64,000 nucleotides of DNA from an uncultured Chloroflexia bacterium (GTDB lineage Bacteria; Chloroflexota; Limnocylindria; Limnocylindrales; CSP1-4): the NCBI GenBank assembly GCA_963833225.1, contig CAWHXD010000007.1, positions 192,001 to 256,000 on the forward strand. The letters are read 5' to 3'. The translations under genes and the position numbers were made by a program. Every line of letters starts with the position of its first letter. Within the stretch, counting starts at the first letter, position 1. Shown here piece after piece: positions 50,950 through 62,331 of the stretch. The notes under the pieces are model-generated. The model was given only the letters and a program-made list of their open reading frames with translations. It made no database searches and had not been told where the DNA came from.

Positions 50950-52645
50950 GGGGCGCGCCCCCGGGCGCCGGTGCACCTTCGGGCGCGGGCGTGCTCTTGG
51001 GCGTCGGCGTGGATGCGGGTGTCGGCGTGGGCGTGCTCTTGGGCGTGGGCGTCGATGCGGGTGTCGGCGTGGGCGTGCTCTTGGGCGTGCTCTTGGGCGT
51101 GGGCGTCGATGCGGGTGTCGGGGTCGGTGACTTGGTGGGCTTGGGGGTCGGCTTGGGGGTCGGCTTGGGGGTCGGCTTGGGGGTCGGCTTGATCCCGCAC
51201 GTGGTCGATGTGGTCGGCCGCTTGGTCGGCCCCGAGCCCGCGGCGGGCATTGCATCGAACCCCTTGGGCCGGACGCCCGTCGGCGTGAACAGCTTGGCCG
51301 CCATCGCCCGGATTTGCTTGACCTGGGGAAGCTGGATCGAACCGCGAGCGTCATAGCCGCTCTTCACGTACGGGTGGCCCAACACGAACCGGAACGTGTC
51401 ATTGCGCCCGACCTGGCTCGCGGCGTCGATCCAGTCGGCGATGAACGACGGCTTGATGTTGGTGCTGACCGTCTCGCCCACGCCCTTGAGGAACTTGGCC
51501 GGGTTCTCGAGCAGGCCTCCCTTGACGATCTTGTCGCGCAGGGCGGCGATCACCTCCTGCTGGCGCGCCTGGCGGGTGAAGTCGCTCTCGCCGGCGGCCT
51601 TGCGGCTGCGGGCGTAGGCGAGGGCATTCTGGCCGTTGAAGTGGTAACGGCCGGGCGTGATGCTGAACCCTTTGAAGTCCTGGTAGGTATACGTGGGGTC
51701 GCAGAAGCCGTCGGTCACGGTGACGTTGATGCCGCCGACGCCGTCCACGAGATCGACGAACCCGTTGAGGTTGACCTCGGCCCACATCTCGATGTGGATC
51801 TTCAGCAGCTGGCCGATCGCGGCGGCAAGGACGGATTCACCCCGCTTGGCACCAGCGAAGGCCTTCGGGTTGTGGTTCGCGAACGACACCAGGCCGTTGA
51901 TCTTCCCCTTGTAGACCCGCCCATCGGGGAGCGGCACGTCAACCATGTCGCGCGGCAACGAAAGCATCGAGACCGTGTTGCCGACCGGGTCGAGCGAGGC
52001 GACGATCATCGTGTCGGTCAGGAACGTGTGCACGTTCGGGCGCCCCGAGTCCACGCCGATCAGCAGCACGTTGACGCGGGGAACCTCCGGCACCTCGGAC
52101 GGTTCGAGCGAGGCGGAGGGAGACGGGAGCGCGGAGGCGTCCGGATCCACCGCGAAGTCGGGATCGTTGGAGGCGACCGGCACGGGGCTCGAATCCGGCA
52201 CCCAGGCTTCGCCCCCGTCGACCGGCGCGTAGACCTCGGCCGCGGCGTCCCGGGCGTCCAGGGTCAGGCCGGCGACCACCAGCTGCGGCGCAGCGACGAT
52301 GGCGATGGCGACGATGGCCGCCACGATCGTGGACGCCGAACCCCGGATCGGCGTGATCTGGCGAACCGCGGCGAGCGCGCCCAGCCGCCACGCGAGCAGC
52401 AGCCCCTGGATCACGAGCAGCACGGCGAGCACCTGCGGGTCGAACAGGCGGGCCGCGAGCGAGGTCACGCTGCTGCCGAGGAGCAGCGCCACGCCAATCC
52501 CCACCAGCACGAACGCGGGCAGGGCCAGGATCAGGGCCCAGCGCCGCCGCCCGGCGACGAGGTGGCCAAGACCCGGGAACACGGCATTGAGAATCAGCAG
52601 GCGCTCAGCAGAGGAGGCGGGCGCAGGACGGTCGGTCGGGGACAT
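50924..52645 (-). CDS. LCP (LytR-CpsA-Psr) family glycopolymer transferase with N-terminal TMs and Pro/Thr-rich tail
   Basis: NVLLIGVD, TDTMIVAS, LSLPRD, ALAYARSR, SDFTRQARQQ. Confidence 0.9.
   Translation of the reverse strand: MSPTDRPAPASSAERLLILNAVFPGLGHLVAGRRRWALILALPAFVLVGIGVALLLGSSVTSLAARLFDPQVLAVLLVIQGLLLAWRLGALAAVRQITPIRGSASTIVAAIVAIAIVAAPQLVVAGLTLDARDAAAEVYAPVDGGEAWVPDSSPVPVASNDPDFAVDPDASALPSPSASLEPSEVPEVPRVNVLLIGVDSGRPNVHTFLTDTMIVASLDPVGNTVSMLSLPRDMVDVPLPDGRVYKGKINGLVSFANHNPKAFAGAKRGESVLAAAIGQLLKIHIEMWAEVNLNGFVDLVDGVGGINVTVTDGFCDPTYTYQDFKGFSITPGRYHFNGQNALAYARSRKAAGESDFTRQARQQEVIAALRDKIVKGGLLENPAKFLKGVGETVSTNIKPSFIADWIDAASQVGRNDTFRFVLGHPYVKSGYDARGSIQLPQVKQIRAMAAKLFTPTGVRPKGFDAMPAAGSGPTKRPTTSTTCGIKPTPKPTPKPTPKPTPKPTKSPTPTPASTPTPKSTPKSTPTPTPASTPTPKSTPTPTPASTPTPKSTPAPEGAPAPGGAPHALRDPTP
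50981..51192 (-). repeat. Coding tandem repeats (KPTP x4-5; TPTPASTPTPKS x3)
   Basis: 12-bp GGCTTGGGGGTC units and ~36-bp GGGCGTGCTCTTGGGCGT...GATGCGGGTGTC units. Confidence 0.85.
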
Positions 52646-52715
52646 CGGGCGAAGGATCGGCTGCTTCGCCGATTTTCGCAACTCGACCCTGGCCGCGCTC
52701 CGGTACGGTGGCGTC

Positions 52716-53969
52716 GTGATGCCAGCCAGCCTCCGGCCGACCATCGACTGGCGCCGTCTCGTCGCCGTGTTCTGGGTGACACAGCTCGTGGAGACGCTGG
52801 GCGTGAGCCAGGTCTACGCGCTGCTGCCGGCCTACCTGCGAGAGCTCGGTGTGCCGGAGGCGGACCGGCTGCCATTCATCGGCCTCTACGGCTCGCTCAT
52901 CTTCGTGCTCGGGCTGCCGCTGGTCCCGTTGTGGGGGGTCTGGGCGGACAAGATCAGCCGCAAGGCCGTCATCGTGCGCAGCTCGTTGGTCATGGCGATC
53001 GTGCTCACGCTGGCCTCGCTTGCCCGGGAGCCATGGCAGATGGCCGTCGCGGTGATGCTCATCGGGCTCCAGCTCGGCAACACCGGCGTCATGCTGGCCG
53101 GGATCCGGGACGTGACCCCGCGCCACCGCCTGGGGGTGACGATCGCCCTGTTCGGGGCCGCCGGCCCGGTCGGCTTCGCGGTTGGTCCGGTGCTCGCGGG
53201 GATCCTGATCGACGGCCTCGGCTGGTCCATCTCCGCCGTCTATGCGACATCGGCCGCGCTCTCGCTCGGGACCGGGCTCCTCGTCGCGTTCGGCACTCGA
53301 GAGATCCGGCCCGAGGTCATCCCCGCAGGCTCCACGCTCCGTCTCGCGTTCGGGGCGATCCTCGGCGTGCTCGCGGCCCCGGATGTCCGGCGGCTGTTCG
53401 CGATCTACGGCGTGGTCTTCCTCGCCAACCAGGTGTCGCGGCCGTACACGCCGGTGCTGGTGGAGGGGATCACCGGCACGGGTCCCGGGCTGGCCACCGG
53501 GATTGGCCTGGTGATGGGTCTCGGCGCGCTGGTGGGCGCGCTCGGTTCGCCGGCGGCCGGCTGGGTCGGCGACCGGGTGGGGTTCCGACCGGTGCTGATC
53601 GCGTCCCTCGCCGCGGGTGGCGTCGCCAGCCTGCTGATGCCGGCGGTCCCCGGGCTGTGGCTTCTCGCGGCAACTGCCGTGCTGCTCGGGGCGGCCGTGG
53701 CCACGACCGGCGCGATGGTGATGTCCATGCTGGCGACGGAGGTTCCGGCCGAGCGCCGGTCTGCCACGCTCAACCTCGTCTACCTGCCGCTGTATGTCGC
53801 CGGGATCGTGGGCCCCGCGCTGGGCAGCGGGGTGGCCGCGGCGGCCGGCCCCGGGGCCCCGTTCGTCGCCGGCGGGATCGTCTTCCTCGCGGGCGCCGTG
53901 GCCGTCTGGGCCCGCCGCCGGCCCGCCGCGCGTCGACAGGCCGTATCGGGATCGTCGCCGCTGCGCTAG
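52716..53969 (+). CDS. MFS transporter (DHA1-like)
   Basis: GVWADKISRK and GWVGDRVGFR motif A copies; about 12 TM. Confidence 0.88.
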   Translation: MMPASLRPTIDWRRLVAVFWVTQLVETLGVSQVYALLPAYLRELGVPEADRLPFIGLYGSLIFVLGLPLVPLWGVWADKISRKAVIVRSSLVMAIVLTLASLAREPWQMAVAVMLIGLQLGNTGVMLAGIRDVTPRHRLGVTIALFGAAGPVGFAVGPVLAGILIDGLGWSISAVYATSAALSLGTGLLVAFGTREIRPEVIPAGSTLRLAFGAILGVLAAPDVRRLFAIYGVVFLANQVSRPYTPVLVEGITGTGPGLATGIGLVMGLGALVGALGSPAAGWVGDRVGFRPVLIASLAAGGVASLLMPAVPGLWLLAATAVLLGAAVATTGAMVMSMLATEVPAERRSATLNLVYLPLYVAGIVGPALGSGVAAAAGPGAPFVAGGIVFLAGAVAVWARRRPAARRQAVSGSSPLR

Positions 53970-54000
53970 GATCGCGCCATGCGATCCGGGGCCCCTCCAA

Positions 54001-54996
54001 GTGCCGAACCTTCTGTCCCGGCCCAGGCTGCGCGGTGCGCGGCCCGGGACGCTGGCCCCTGCCCCGGGAACGGTTGACGACGTCGAGCCCGAGATCATCG
54101 CCCACGGCGGTGTCCGCTGGCTCAACCTGGAGCGACCGCGAGAGGCGGATCGAGAATGGCTGGAGCGCGAGTTCGGGTTCCACCCGCTCGCCATCGAGGA
54201 CGTCGCCTCCCGGAACCAGCGGCCCAAGCTGGATGCCTACGACGACTACCTGTTCATCGTTCTCCACTTCCCGGTGTTCGACAAGTCGCAGGACCGGCTG
54301 CTGACCGCTGAGCTCGACCTGTTCGTCGGCCCGGACTACCTGATCACGCTGCCGGACCAGAACCTGCCGCCCCTCACGGCCATGTTCGAGCGCTACCGGC
54401 AGCGCGAGCAGGTGCGTGAGGACGTGTTCTCGAACGGCACGGGCTACCTGCTGTACAAGATCGTCGATACCTGCGTGGATGCCTCGTTCCCGATGCTGCG
54501 GCGCATGGGCGACAAGCTGGACCGCCTCGAGGACGACATCTTTGAGGGCCGGTCGGCCCAGATCGTGCGCGAGCTGTCCAACGCCAAGCAGGAGATCATC
54601 AACTTCCGGCGCGTCATGCGGCCGATGCGCGCGGTGCTCCGCGACCTCGAACGCACCAAGCAGCGCTACCTCGCCGATGAGCTGGACATCTACTTCGACG
54701 ACATCACCGACGCGGCCGAGCGGATCTGGGACGTCCTGGAGAACTACAAGGAGGTTGCCGAGGCGCTCGAGGACTCCAACGAGTCCGTGCTGTCACACCG
54801 CCTGAACGAGAGCCTCCGGGTCCTCACCGCGTTCAGCGTCGCGATGCTGCCGCTGACCCTGATCGCGTCGATCGGGGGCATGAACGTCAAGCTCCCGGGC
54901 GACGGGACCATCTTCGAGTTCTGGGCGATCATCGCCACGATGACCCTGATCCTCGGCGGGGTCCTCGTCTTCTTCCGCAGGCGGGGCTACCTCTAG
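54001..54996 (+). CDS. corA: CorA family Mg2+/Co2+ transporter
   Basis: FHPLAIED, QRPKLD, two C-terminal TMs with the GMN motif. Confidence 0.9.
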   Translation: MPNLLSRPRLRGARPGTLAPAPGTVDDVEPEIIAHGGVRWLNLERPREADREWLEREFGFHPLAIEDVASRNQRPKLDAYDDYLFIVLHFPVFDKSQDRLLTAELDLFVGPDYLITLPDQNLPPLTAMFERYRQREQVREDVFSNGTGYLLYKIVDTCVDASFPMLRRMGDKLDRLEDDIFEGRSAQIVRELSNAKQEIINFRRVMRPMRAVLRDLERTKQRYLADELDIYFDDITDAAERIWDVLENYKEVAEALEDSNESVLSHRLNESLRVLTAFSVAMLPLTLIASIGGMNVKLPGDGTIFEFWAIIATMTLILGGVLVFFRRRGYL

Positions 54997-55017
54997 GGTC
55001 CGCGCCCGCCGGGCGCG

Positions 55018-56133
55018 TCAGCCGGGGAGGTGGCGCTCCGCGGCGCCGATGTACCGCATGTCCGGGCGGATGAGCCGGTTGTTGGCACCCTGCTCGATGG
55101 CGTGGGCGGTCCAGCCGGCGTGCCGTGCCAGCGCGAAGGCAGCCGGGAACAGGTCCGGCTTGAGGCCCACACCCATCAGCACCGGCGCCGCGTAGTACTC
55201 GACGTTGGTCTTGAGCGCGCGGTCGGGGTGCTTCTCGGCCAGGACCCGCAGCGCGACATCCTCCACGGCGATCGCCAGCGCCAGCCACTCGGGCTTGCGC
55301 TCCATCGATTCGGCGACCTCGCGCAGGGCGGCCGCCCGAGGGTCGTACGCGCGGTAGACGCGGTGCCCGAAGCCCATCAGGCGGGTGCCGTTCTCGATCG
55401 CCTCGCGCACCCATGCCTCCGCGCGCTCCGGCGTGCCGACCTCGTGGATCTGCTCCACCACCTCGGACGGGGCTCCACCGTGGAGCGGGCCCTTCATCGC
55501 CCCGATGGCGCCGGCCACCGCCGACGCGATGTCCGAGCGCGTCGAGGTGATGACCCGGGCGGTGAAGGTCGAGGCGTTGAACCCGTGTTCCGCGCCGACG
55601 ATGAAATAGGCGTCCAGGGCCCGTGCGGCCTCGGCCTCCGGCTTCACGCCGTTGAGCTGGTAGAGGAACCCTGGGACCAGGTCGAGGTCCGGGTCCGGCG
55701 CCACCGGCTCCAGGCCCTGGCGCAGGCGGGCGAACGCGGCGAGCGCCGAGGGCGAGAACGCGGTCAACGCGCGGGCCTGCTCGGGTGTCGGCGGCCAGGA
55801 CGGGTTGGTCACCGCTCCCCATACCGAGACGGCCGTCCGCAGCGCGTCCATCGGGCGGGCATCCGCGGGCAGGGCGCGGAGCGCTGTCATGACGCCATCC
55901 GGCACGGGCAGGCAGGGCAGCTTGGCCGAGGGGTTCCACGCGTCGGTCCAGAGCAGCTCCGTGACCGCGGCGTAGGACCCGTGCTTCACGAGCTCACCGA
56001 TGGGGTAGCCGCGATACAGGAGTCGGCCGGCCCCACCATCGATGAACGACAGTGAGGTCTCCCCGGCGACGATGCCCTCGAGGCCTGGAGAGTAGGGACG
56101 GGTGTCGGCAGTCGCCGAAGCGGGCTCAATCAT
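55018..56133 (-). CDS. Citrate synthase / 2-methylcitrate synthase
   Basis: GLEG, LLYRGY, AEHGFNASTF, GPLHGGA, MGFGHRVY, DPRA, NVEYY. Confidence 0.93.
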   Translation of the reverse strand: MIEPASATADTRPYSPGLEGIVAGETSLSFIDGGAGRLLYRGYPIGELVKHGSYAAVTELLWTDAWNPSAKLPCLPVPDGVMTALRALPADARPMDALRTAVSVWGAVTNPSWPPTPEQARALTAFSPSALAAFARLRQGLEPVAPDPDLDLVPGFLYQLNGVKPEAEAARALDAYFIVGAEHGFNASTFTARVITSTRSDIASAVAGAIGAMKGPLHGGAPSEVVEQIHEVGTPERAEAWVREAIENGTRLMGFGHRVYRAYDPRAAALREVAESMERKPEWLALAIAVEDVALRVLAEKHPDRALKTNVEYYAAPVLMGVGLKPDLFPAAFALARHAGWTAHAIEQGANNRLIRPDMRYIGAAERHLPG

Positions 56134-56235
56134 GGACGGATGGTAGCCCGCCCGGCACGCACGTGACGGGCCGAGCGATGCAGGTCGGGTGCCGAATGGC
56201 GCAACCGAGAGGTGCTGGATGCGCGCTCGAGACCG

Positions 56236-56934
56236 TCAGTCGCGACGTTCGCCGTGGGCCGGCTCGGCCTCAAGGGCCTCGACCCGGATCCCGATGTGGT
56301 CGGCCAGCAGCGGCGCCAGGTCCAGCAGCTGGTCCGGGGCCATGACCGCTCCGTGGAGACCACCGACCCCGCGCACGGTGCCCAGTCGAGTCCGGCGGAG
56401 GTCCAGTCTCGCGAGCCGCGCCGCGTTCACGTCGAGGAGCTCCACCATCCCGCCCCGGACCGCGAGGTTGCGCACCTCGGCGCCGGCGAGATCGAGCTCG
56501 CCCACGACGCAGTCCTCGATCACGACGTCCCGCAGCCGGCCGCCGGCAAGGACGAGGTAGTCGATCTTGCCGCCCCGAAGCCGCAGGTGCGTCCAGCTCG
56601 CCCCCGGCGCCGAGAGCGCCCCGATGCGGGCTTCGCGCACCACGACCTCCCGCCAGGTCGAGTCCGCGGCGTCCACCGTGACCCCGTGGACGTCCTCCAG
56701 CACGCAGGCTGACCAGCTCGTGCGGGCGAGGCCCACGGCGTCGAGCCCGCAGCGGGCCAGGCGGCACTCGCGGAACGACGCGCCGAGCGCCACCTGGCCG
56801 CCGAGGTCGAGATCCTCGAATGCCAGGCCGTCGTAGTCACCGCCCGTCTCCAGCCAGTCGGCGGCGAACGGTGACAGCTCCGGCAGCTCGATGACCGACG
56901 GTGGCTCGGACGGCCGGCTCGGGCGCGCCGCCAT
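56236..56934 (-). CDS. Pentapeptide repeat-containing protein
   Basis: Five-residue periodicity (ASFRE CRLAR...AEVRN; ARLAR LDLRR). Confidence 0.78.
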   Translation of the reverse strand: MAARPSRPSEPPSVIELPELSPFAADWLETGGDYDGLAFEDLDLGGQVALGASFRECRLARCGLDAVGLARTSWSACVLEDVHGVTVDAADSTWREVVVREARIGALSAPGASWTHLRLRGGKIDYLVLAGGRLRDVVIEDCVVGELDLAGAEVRNLAVRGGMVELLDVNAARLARLDLRRTRLGTVRGVGGLHGAVMAPDQLLDLAPLLADHIGIRVEALEAEPAHGERRD

Positions 56935-56938
56935 TCGA

Positions 56939-57700
56939 TCAGGGCCGCGGGATCGCGGACGCGGCGGCCTCGTCAAGGACCCAGGTCGCCGTCGGCAGGC
57001 GAGCTGCCCTCACCGGCAGCTCGCACAGGTCATGTCCGGACCAGGCCCGCCCCAGGCTGGCTGCCTTGGACACGCCCGCGGTGACCACCAGCACGGACCG
57101 TGCCGCCGCCACCAGGCGCGGGTGCAGCGTCACGCGGTCCAGGTGGGGCCCCACGTGGGTCGGTGCGGGAACGGCAGCGCAGGCACCCTCAACCTCCCAC
57201 ACCGCCGAGTCCGGGAAGACCGAGAGGATGTGGCCGTCCGGACCCACGCCCAGCACGATCAGGTCCAGCACGGGCGTCCCGGCCGCGTCGAGTGGAACGG
57301 TGGCCGTGAGTGCCTCGGCGTAGCGGGCTGCCGCCCACCCCGGTCCCTCGCCAGCACCCATCGCCTCCGGGATGGGCCATGGATGCAGGTTCCCGCCGGG
57401 GATCGAGATCCCGCCCAGCAGCCCCTCGGTGAGCGGCCGGACGTTGGACTCCGGGTCGTCGTATGGGACCCACCGGTCATCGCCCCACCAGGTCTGCACT
57501 CGATCCCAGGCGACCTGTTCGCGCAACGGCGACGCGACCAGCGCCCGGTAGATGCCCGGGGCCGCGGAGCCCCCGGTGGTCGCCCAGTGGGCCTCACCCT
57601 TCGTGGCAATCGTGCCGGCAAGCGTGTCGGCGATGACCTCGGCCGCCGTCGCCGACACGGCATCCGTGGGGACGATGCGGAGCGCGGGCAGATGGAGCAA
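56939..57700 (-). CDS. pgl: 6-phosphogluconolactonase
   Basis: TGGS, WWGDDRWVP, LGVGPDGHILSVFP, RVTL; TTG start with AGGAGG RBS. Confidence 0.9.
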   Translation of the reverse strand: MLHLPALRIVPTDAVSATAAEVIADTLAGTIATKGEAHWATTGGSAAPGIYRALVASPLREQVAWDRVQTWWGDDRWVPYDDPESNVRPLTEGLLGGISIPGGNLHPWPIPEAMGAGEGPGWAAARYAEALTATVPLDAAGTPVLDLIVLGVGPDGHILSVFPDSAVWEVEGACAAVPAPTHVGPHLDRVTLHPRLVAAARSVLVVTAGVSKAASLGRAWSGHDLCELPVRAARLPTATWVLDEAAASAIPRP

Positions 57701-57715
57701 CGCCTGGCCTCCTGT

Positions 57716-59050
57716 TCAGATTCGAGGGTTGTCGCCGATCAGCCTGGCCGCCGTCCGGATGCTGCCGATGGTGACCGCGTCGCGAGCGCTGCCCTCCAGC
57801 GCCTCGCCCAGGAGATCCACCTCGGTGCGGCGAGGCGACTTGAACGTCCGGTCCACGGACTCCACCCCGTCCACCCAGGTGTGCACGTGGACGTTCTCAA
57901 CCTCGGCGGTGACGTCGGCGCGAAGCTCCGAGCCGCGACGGTCGGCCAGGATCTCGACCCGCAGGGTGGTCCCGGGTGGCATCGATGACGCGATCGGCCG
58001 GATGACGACCGCCACCTCGGATGAGGACGACCGGCCGGAGAGGCGGGCCGCAAGACCGCGATGCATCGGCGGCTTCTCACCGGGCCGGGGCCGGACCGGG
58101 GCGCCGGCCCGGCCCTTCGCCTCCACCGGCGCGAGCGGCGACACGACGCGCAGCCCGAGTCGCGAGGCCAGCCACGCGACGTGGTACAGCGGCTTCACCA
58201 CGTTGGTGGAGCCGGGTGCCCCGGTCTCGGACCCGGCGGCGTAGGTGACGGAGATGCGGCGGATGAAGGGGAGGTACGGGAGGAAGTCGGCGAGATCGAA
58301 GATCGTGGCGATCGCCTCTCGCCAGCGCGACTGGCGGACCAGCGCGAAGTCGCGGATCGAGAGTCGCTCGAACCGGTCGTAGAGGTTGGCGAGCTGGACC
58401 AGCCGGGCGAGGCCATCGCCGGACCACGCTGACCCGTCCACGATGAGCCGGTCGATGCCCTCGAGGAGCTCCTCGGCCGGGGCCGTTCCCAGCGGCGGCT
58501 CACCAGGCCACCAGACGGTGACCGGCAGGTCGTGGATCAGCAGCGGAGCGACGAGGGCGGACAGGTGCCGGCCGGTCTCACCGCCGGCGGACAGGAAGAT
58601 CTGCTCGGAGCACATCTCGGGGGCGTCGGCGCGGGGCAGGACGCAGTGGGCCTGGATTCGCGCGTCCAGCCAGCCAGGGCCGTCCGGGTCCGCCGACTGC
58701 ACGATCAGCGTCCGCGACGGATGGCGGCCGGTGAGCCGCGAGACGATCTCCGCCGCCCGCTCGCCCGTCTCGGGTCGGCGGGCGACGACGACCAGGTTCA
58801 GCACCGAGGTCCGGCCCGCGATGTGGCGCCCCGGGCGCTCGTCCGCGCCAGGCGCCAGCAGGTTCGGCTGGGACCAGATCCGGCCAAGCTCGGTTTCGAT
58901 GTCGTCGATCGAATGGGCGTGGCTCAGCCAGCGCATCGTGGGCTCGCCGGGCTGCGGCGGCTCCGCCAGCTCGATCCGCCCGCCGCCCGCCGGCCGCACA
59001 CCCACGGCGATGATCTCCCCGAACGACCGCCCCAGGCTCTCGCCGGACAC
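57716..59050 (-). CDS. opcA: Glucose-6-phosphate dehydrogenase assembly protein OpcA
   Basis: RTSVLNLVV, HPSRTL, PLLIHDLPVTVWWPG; lies between zwf and pgl. Confidence 0.88.
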   Translation of the reverse strand: MSGESLGRSFGEIIAVGVRPAGGGRIELAEPPQPGEPTMRWLSHAHSIDDIETELGRIWSQPNLLAPGADERPGRHIAGRTSVLNLVVVARRPETGERAAEIVSRLTGRHPSRTLIVQSADPDGPGWLDARIQAHCVLPRADAPEMCSEQIFLSAGGETGRHLSALVAPLLIHDLPVTVWWPGEPPLGTAPAEELLEGIDRLIVDGSAWSGDGLARLVQLANLYDRFERLSIRDFALVRQSRWREAIATIFDLADFLPYLPFIRRISVTYAAGSETGAPGSTNVVKPLYHVAWLASRLGLRVVSPLAPVEAKGRAGAPVRPRPGEKPPMHRGLAARLSGRSSSSEVAVVIRPIASSMPPGTTLRVEILADRRGSELRADVTAEVENVHVHTWVDGVESVDRTFKSPRRTEVDLLGEALEGSARDAVTIGSIRTAARLIGDNPRI

Positions 59051-59052
59051 GC

Positions 59053-60763
<1,711 letters not shown>

Positions 60764-60780
60764 CTAGCGCCTCACCGTTG

Positions 60781-60872
60781 TCACATCCATCGGACCTGTT
60801 CCGCCTTCACCGCGTGGTCGCCGAGCTCGTTCCGGCGCCCATCCGGCCGAGGCCGATGAAGCCGATGCGCAT
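60781..60872 (-). pseudogene. gnd: Collapsed remnant of 6-phosphogluconate dehydrogenase
   Basis: GGAG RBS + MRIGFIGLGRMGA (Gnd N-terminus) joined out of frame to RNELGDHAVK (Gnd C-terminal motif R-x-x-F-G-x-H); position just upstream of zwf. Confidence 0.8.
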
Positions 60873-61183
60873 GGTGCAGATCTCCACTGGGCGGGCCGGA
60901 TGGCGCCATGGGTGTCAGTCCAAGGATAGGCCCGCTCCGCGATTCACTGTCAGCGGTGCGATCGTCGCCCGGATGGCAGCTGCTCGTGCCCGAGCCGGGA
61001 TCAGCTCGTGCCGAGCCGGCGCCAGCTCGCGCAACCGGCCCCATCTCGTGCCACAGATCACCCGGGCCCACTGTTGGGACCGCCCGCTGGCGGAGAGGGG
61101 CGCCTTGCAGCAGCAGGGGGCGATATTCAGCCCGGTTTCGAGCTCCTGGGCGTGCCTGGACGGGTGGTGGCCGATATCTGGCG

Positions 61184-61839
61184 CTAGCTGGATCGCAGGC
61201 GCCGGTAGGCCCGGATCTGATCGATCGGCGGTTCTGGGACCGCCTCGAAGAACCAGCCAGGCGATGCGTCCGCGACATCGATCGTCGTGTACGCATACTC
61301 GAACGTCCGCTCGCCGTCATCGAGCCGCAGGCCAAACGGCAGGATCTGTCCGCCCGCCGGGCGCCAGTCGGCGAAGACCACCTCGATCGGCGCCGCGCCC
61401 GGGAACTCGAAGCGCAGGCCCGCGGCCCATCCCCCGTCATCGCCCTCGATCAGCTGCACCGAGCCGCCATACGGAAAGGGGCCGCCGATGCCGCGCCGCT
61501 CGCCGCCCCCAAAGGGGATGGCCGTCATCGGCTCCGCGTCGTCGATGATCTCCTCGAAGGCGAGCAGGAACGCGTGAAACTGGTGCCCCAGCGCGAAGCC
61601 ACGCTGGGCGTCGCTGCCCAGCCGCGCCACCCCGCCCTCGCTCGTCCACCCGAACGGCCCCTCGACCGCCACCGTGCGCACGTCGTCGCGCACATGCCGC
61701 ACGGCCGCCTCGTTCCTGGCGTGGAACAGCGTCTCCAGCACGAACCGGGAGCCGTCGGAGACGTGGGCCTCGGCGATCGCGTGGATGTGTCGCCTCGAGC
61801 GCCCGTCCGGTGCCGCGCCAGCCGTCAACCGGCCACCAT
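61184..61839 (-). CDS. Hypothetical protein; 5' end uncertain, probable indel
   Basis: Coding-like frame from about 61790 (SDGSRFVLETLF...IEVVFADWRPAGGQILPF); the TGATG-coupled ATG at 61839 is out of frame. Confidence 0.5.
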
Positions 61840-62315
61840 CAGTCCCCGCTCGACCCCATCGACTCGGCCTCGATCGCGAGGACCTTGTCAAGGCGCCGCC
61901 GGTGCCGCGGCTCGCCGGAGAAGCGCGCCGCGAGGAACGCCAGCGCACATTCGACGGCGGGCTCGATCCCGATCACCCGGGAACCGAGCGTGAGCACGTT
62001 CATGTCGTCATGCTCCACGCCCTGGTGCGCGCTGTAGGTGTCGTGGCACAGCCCGGCGCGGACGCCGCGCATCTTGTTGGCCGCGATGGACGCGCCCACG
62101 CCGGACCCGCAGACCAGGATCCCCCGGTCGGCCCGGCCCTCCTGGAGCGCGCGGCCCAGCAGGTGGCTGAAGTCCGGGTAGTCGTCCCCCGGGTCAGAGC
62201 CATCGCCGCCGAGATCGATCAGCTCGTGCTCTCCGGCGGTGAGCCTGGCCAGCTTCGCGAGCAGCTCGTCCTTGAACCTGGCACCCGCGTGGTCGGCAGC
62301 AAACACGATGCGCAT
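61839..62315 (-). CDS. rpiB: Ribose-5-phosphate isomerase B
   Basis: [35 protein letters not shown]. Confidence 0.94.
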   Translation of the reverse strand: MRIVFAADHAGARFKDELLAKLARLTAGEHELIDLGGDGSDPGDDYPDFSHLLGRALQEGRADRGILVCGSGVGASIAANKMRGVRAGLCHDTYSAHQGVEHDDMNVLTLGSRVIGIEPAVECALAFLAARFSGEPRHRRRLDKVLAIEAESMGSSGD

Positions 62316-62331
62316 CGCGCTGAGCCTCCGT

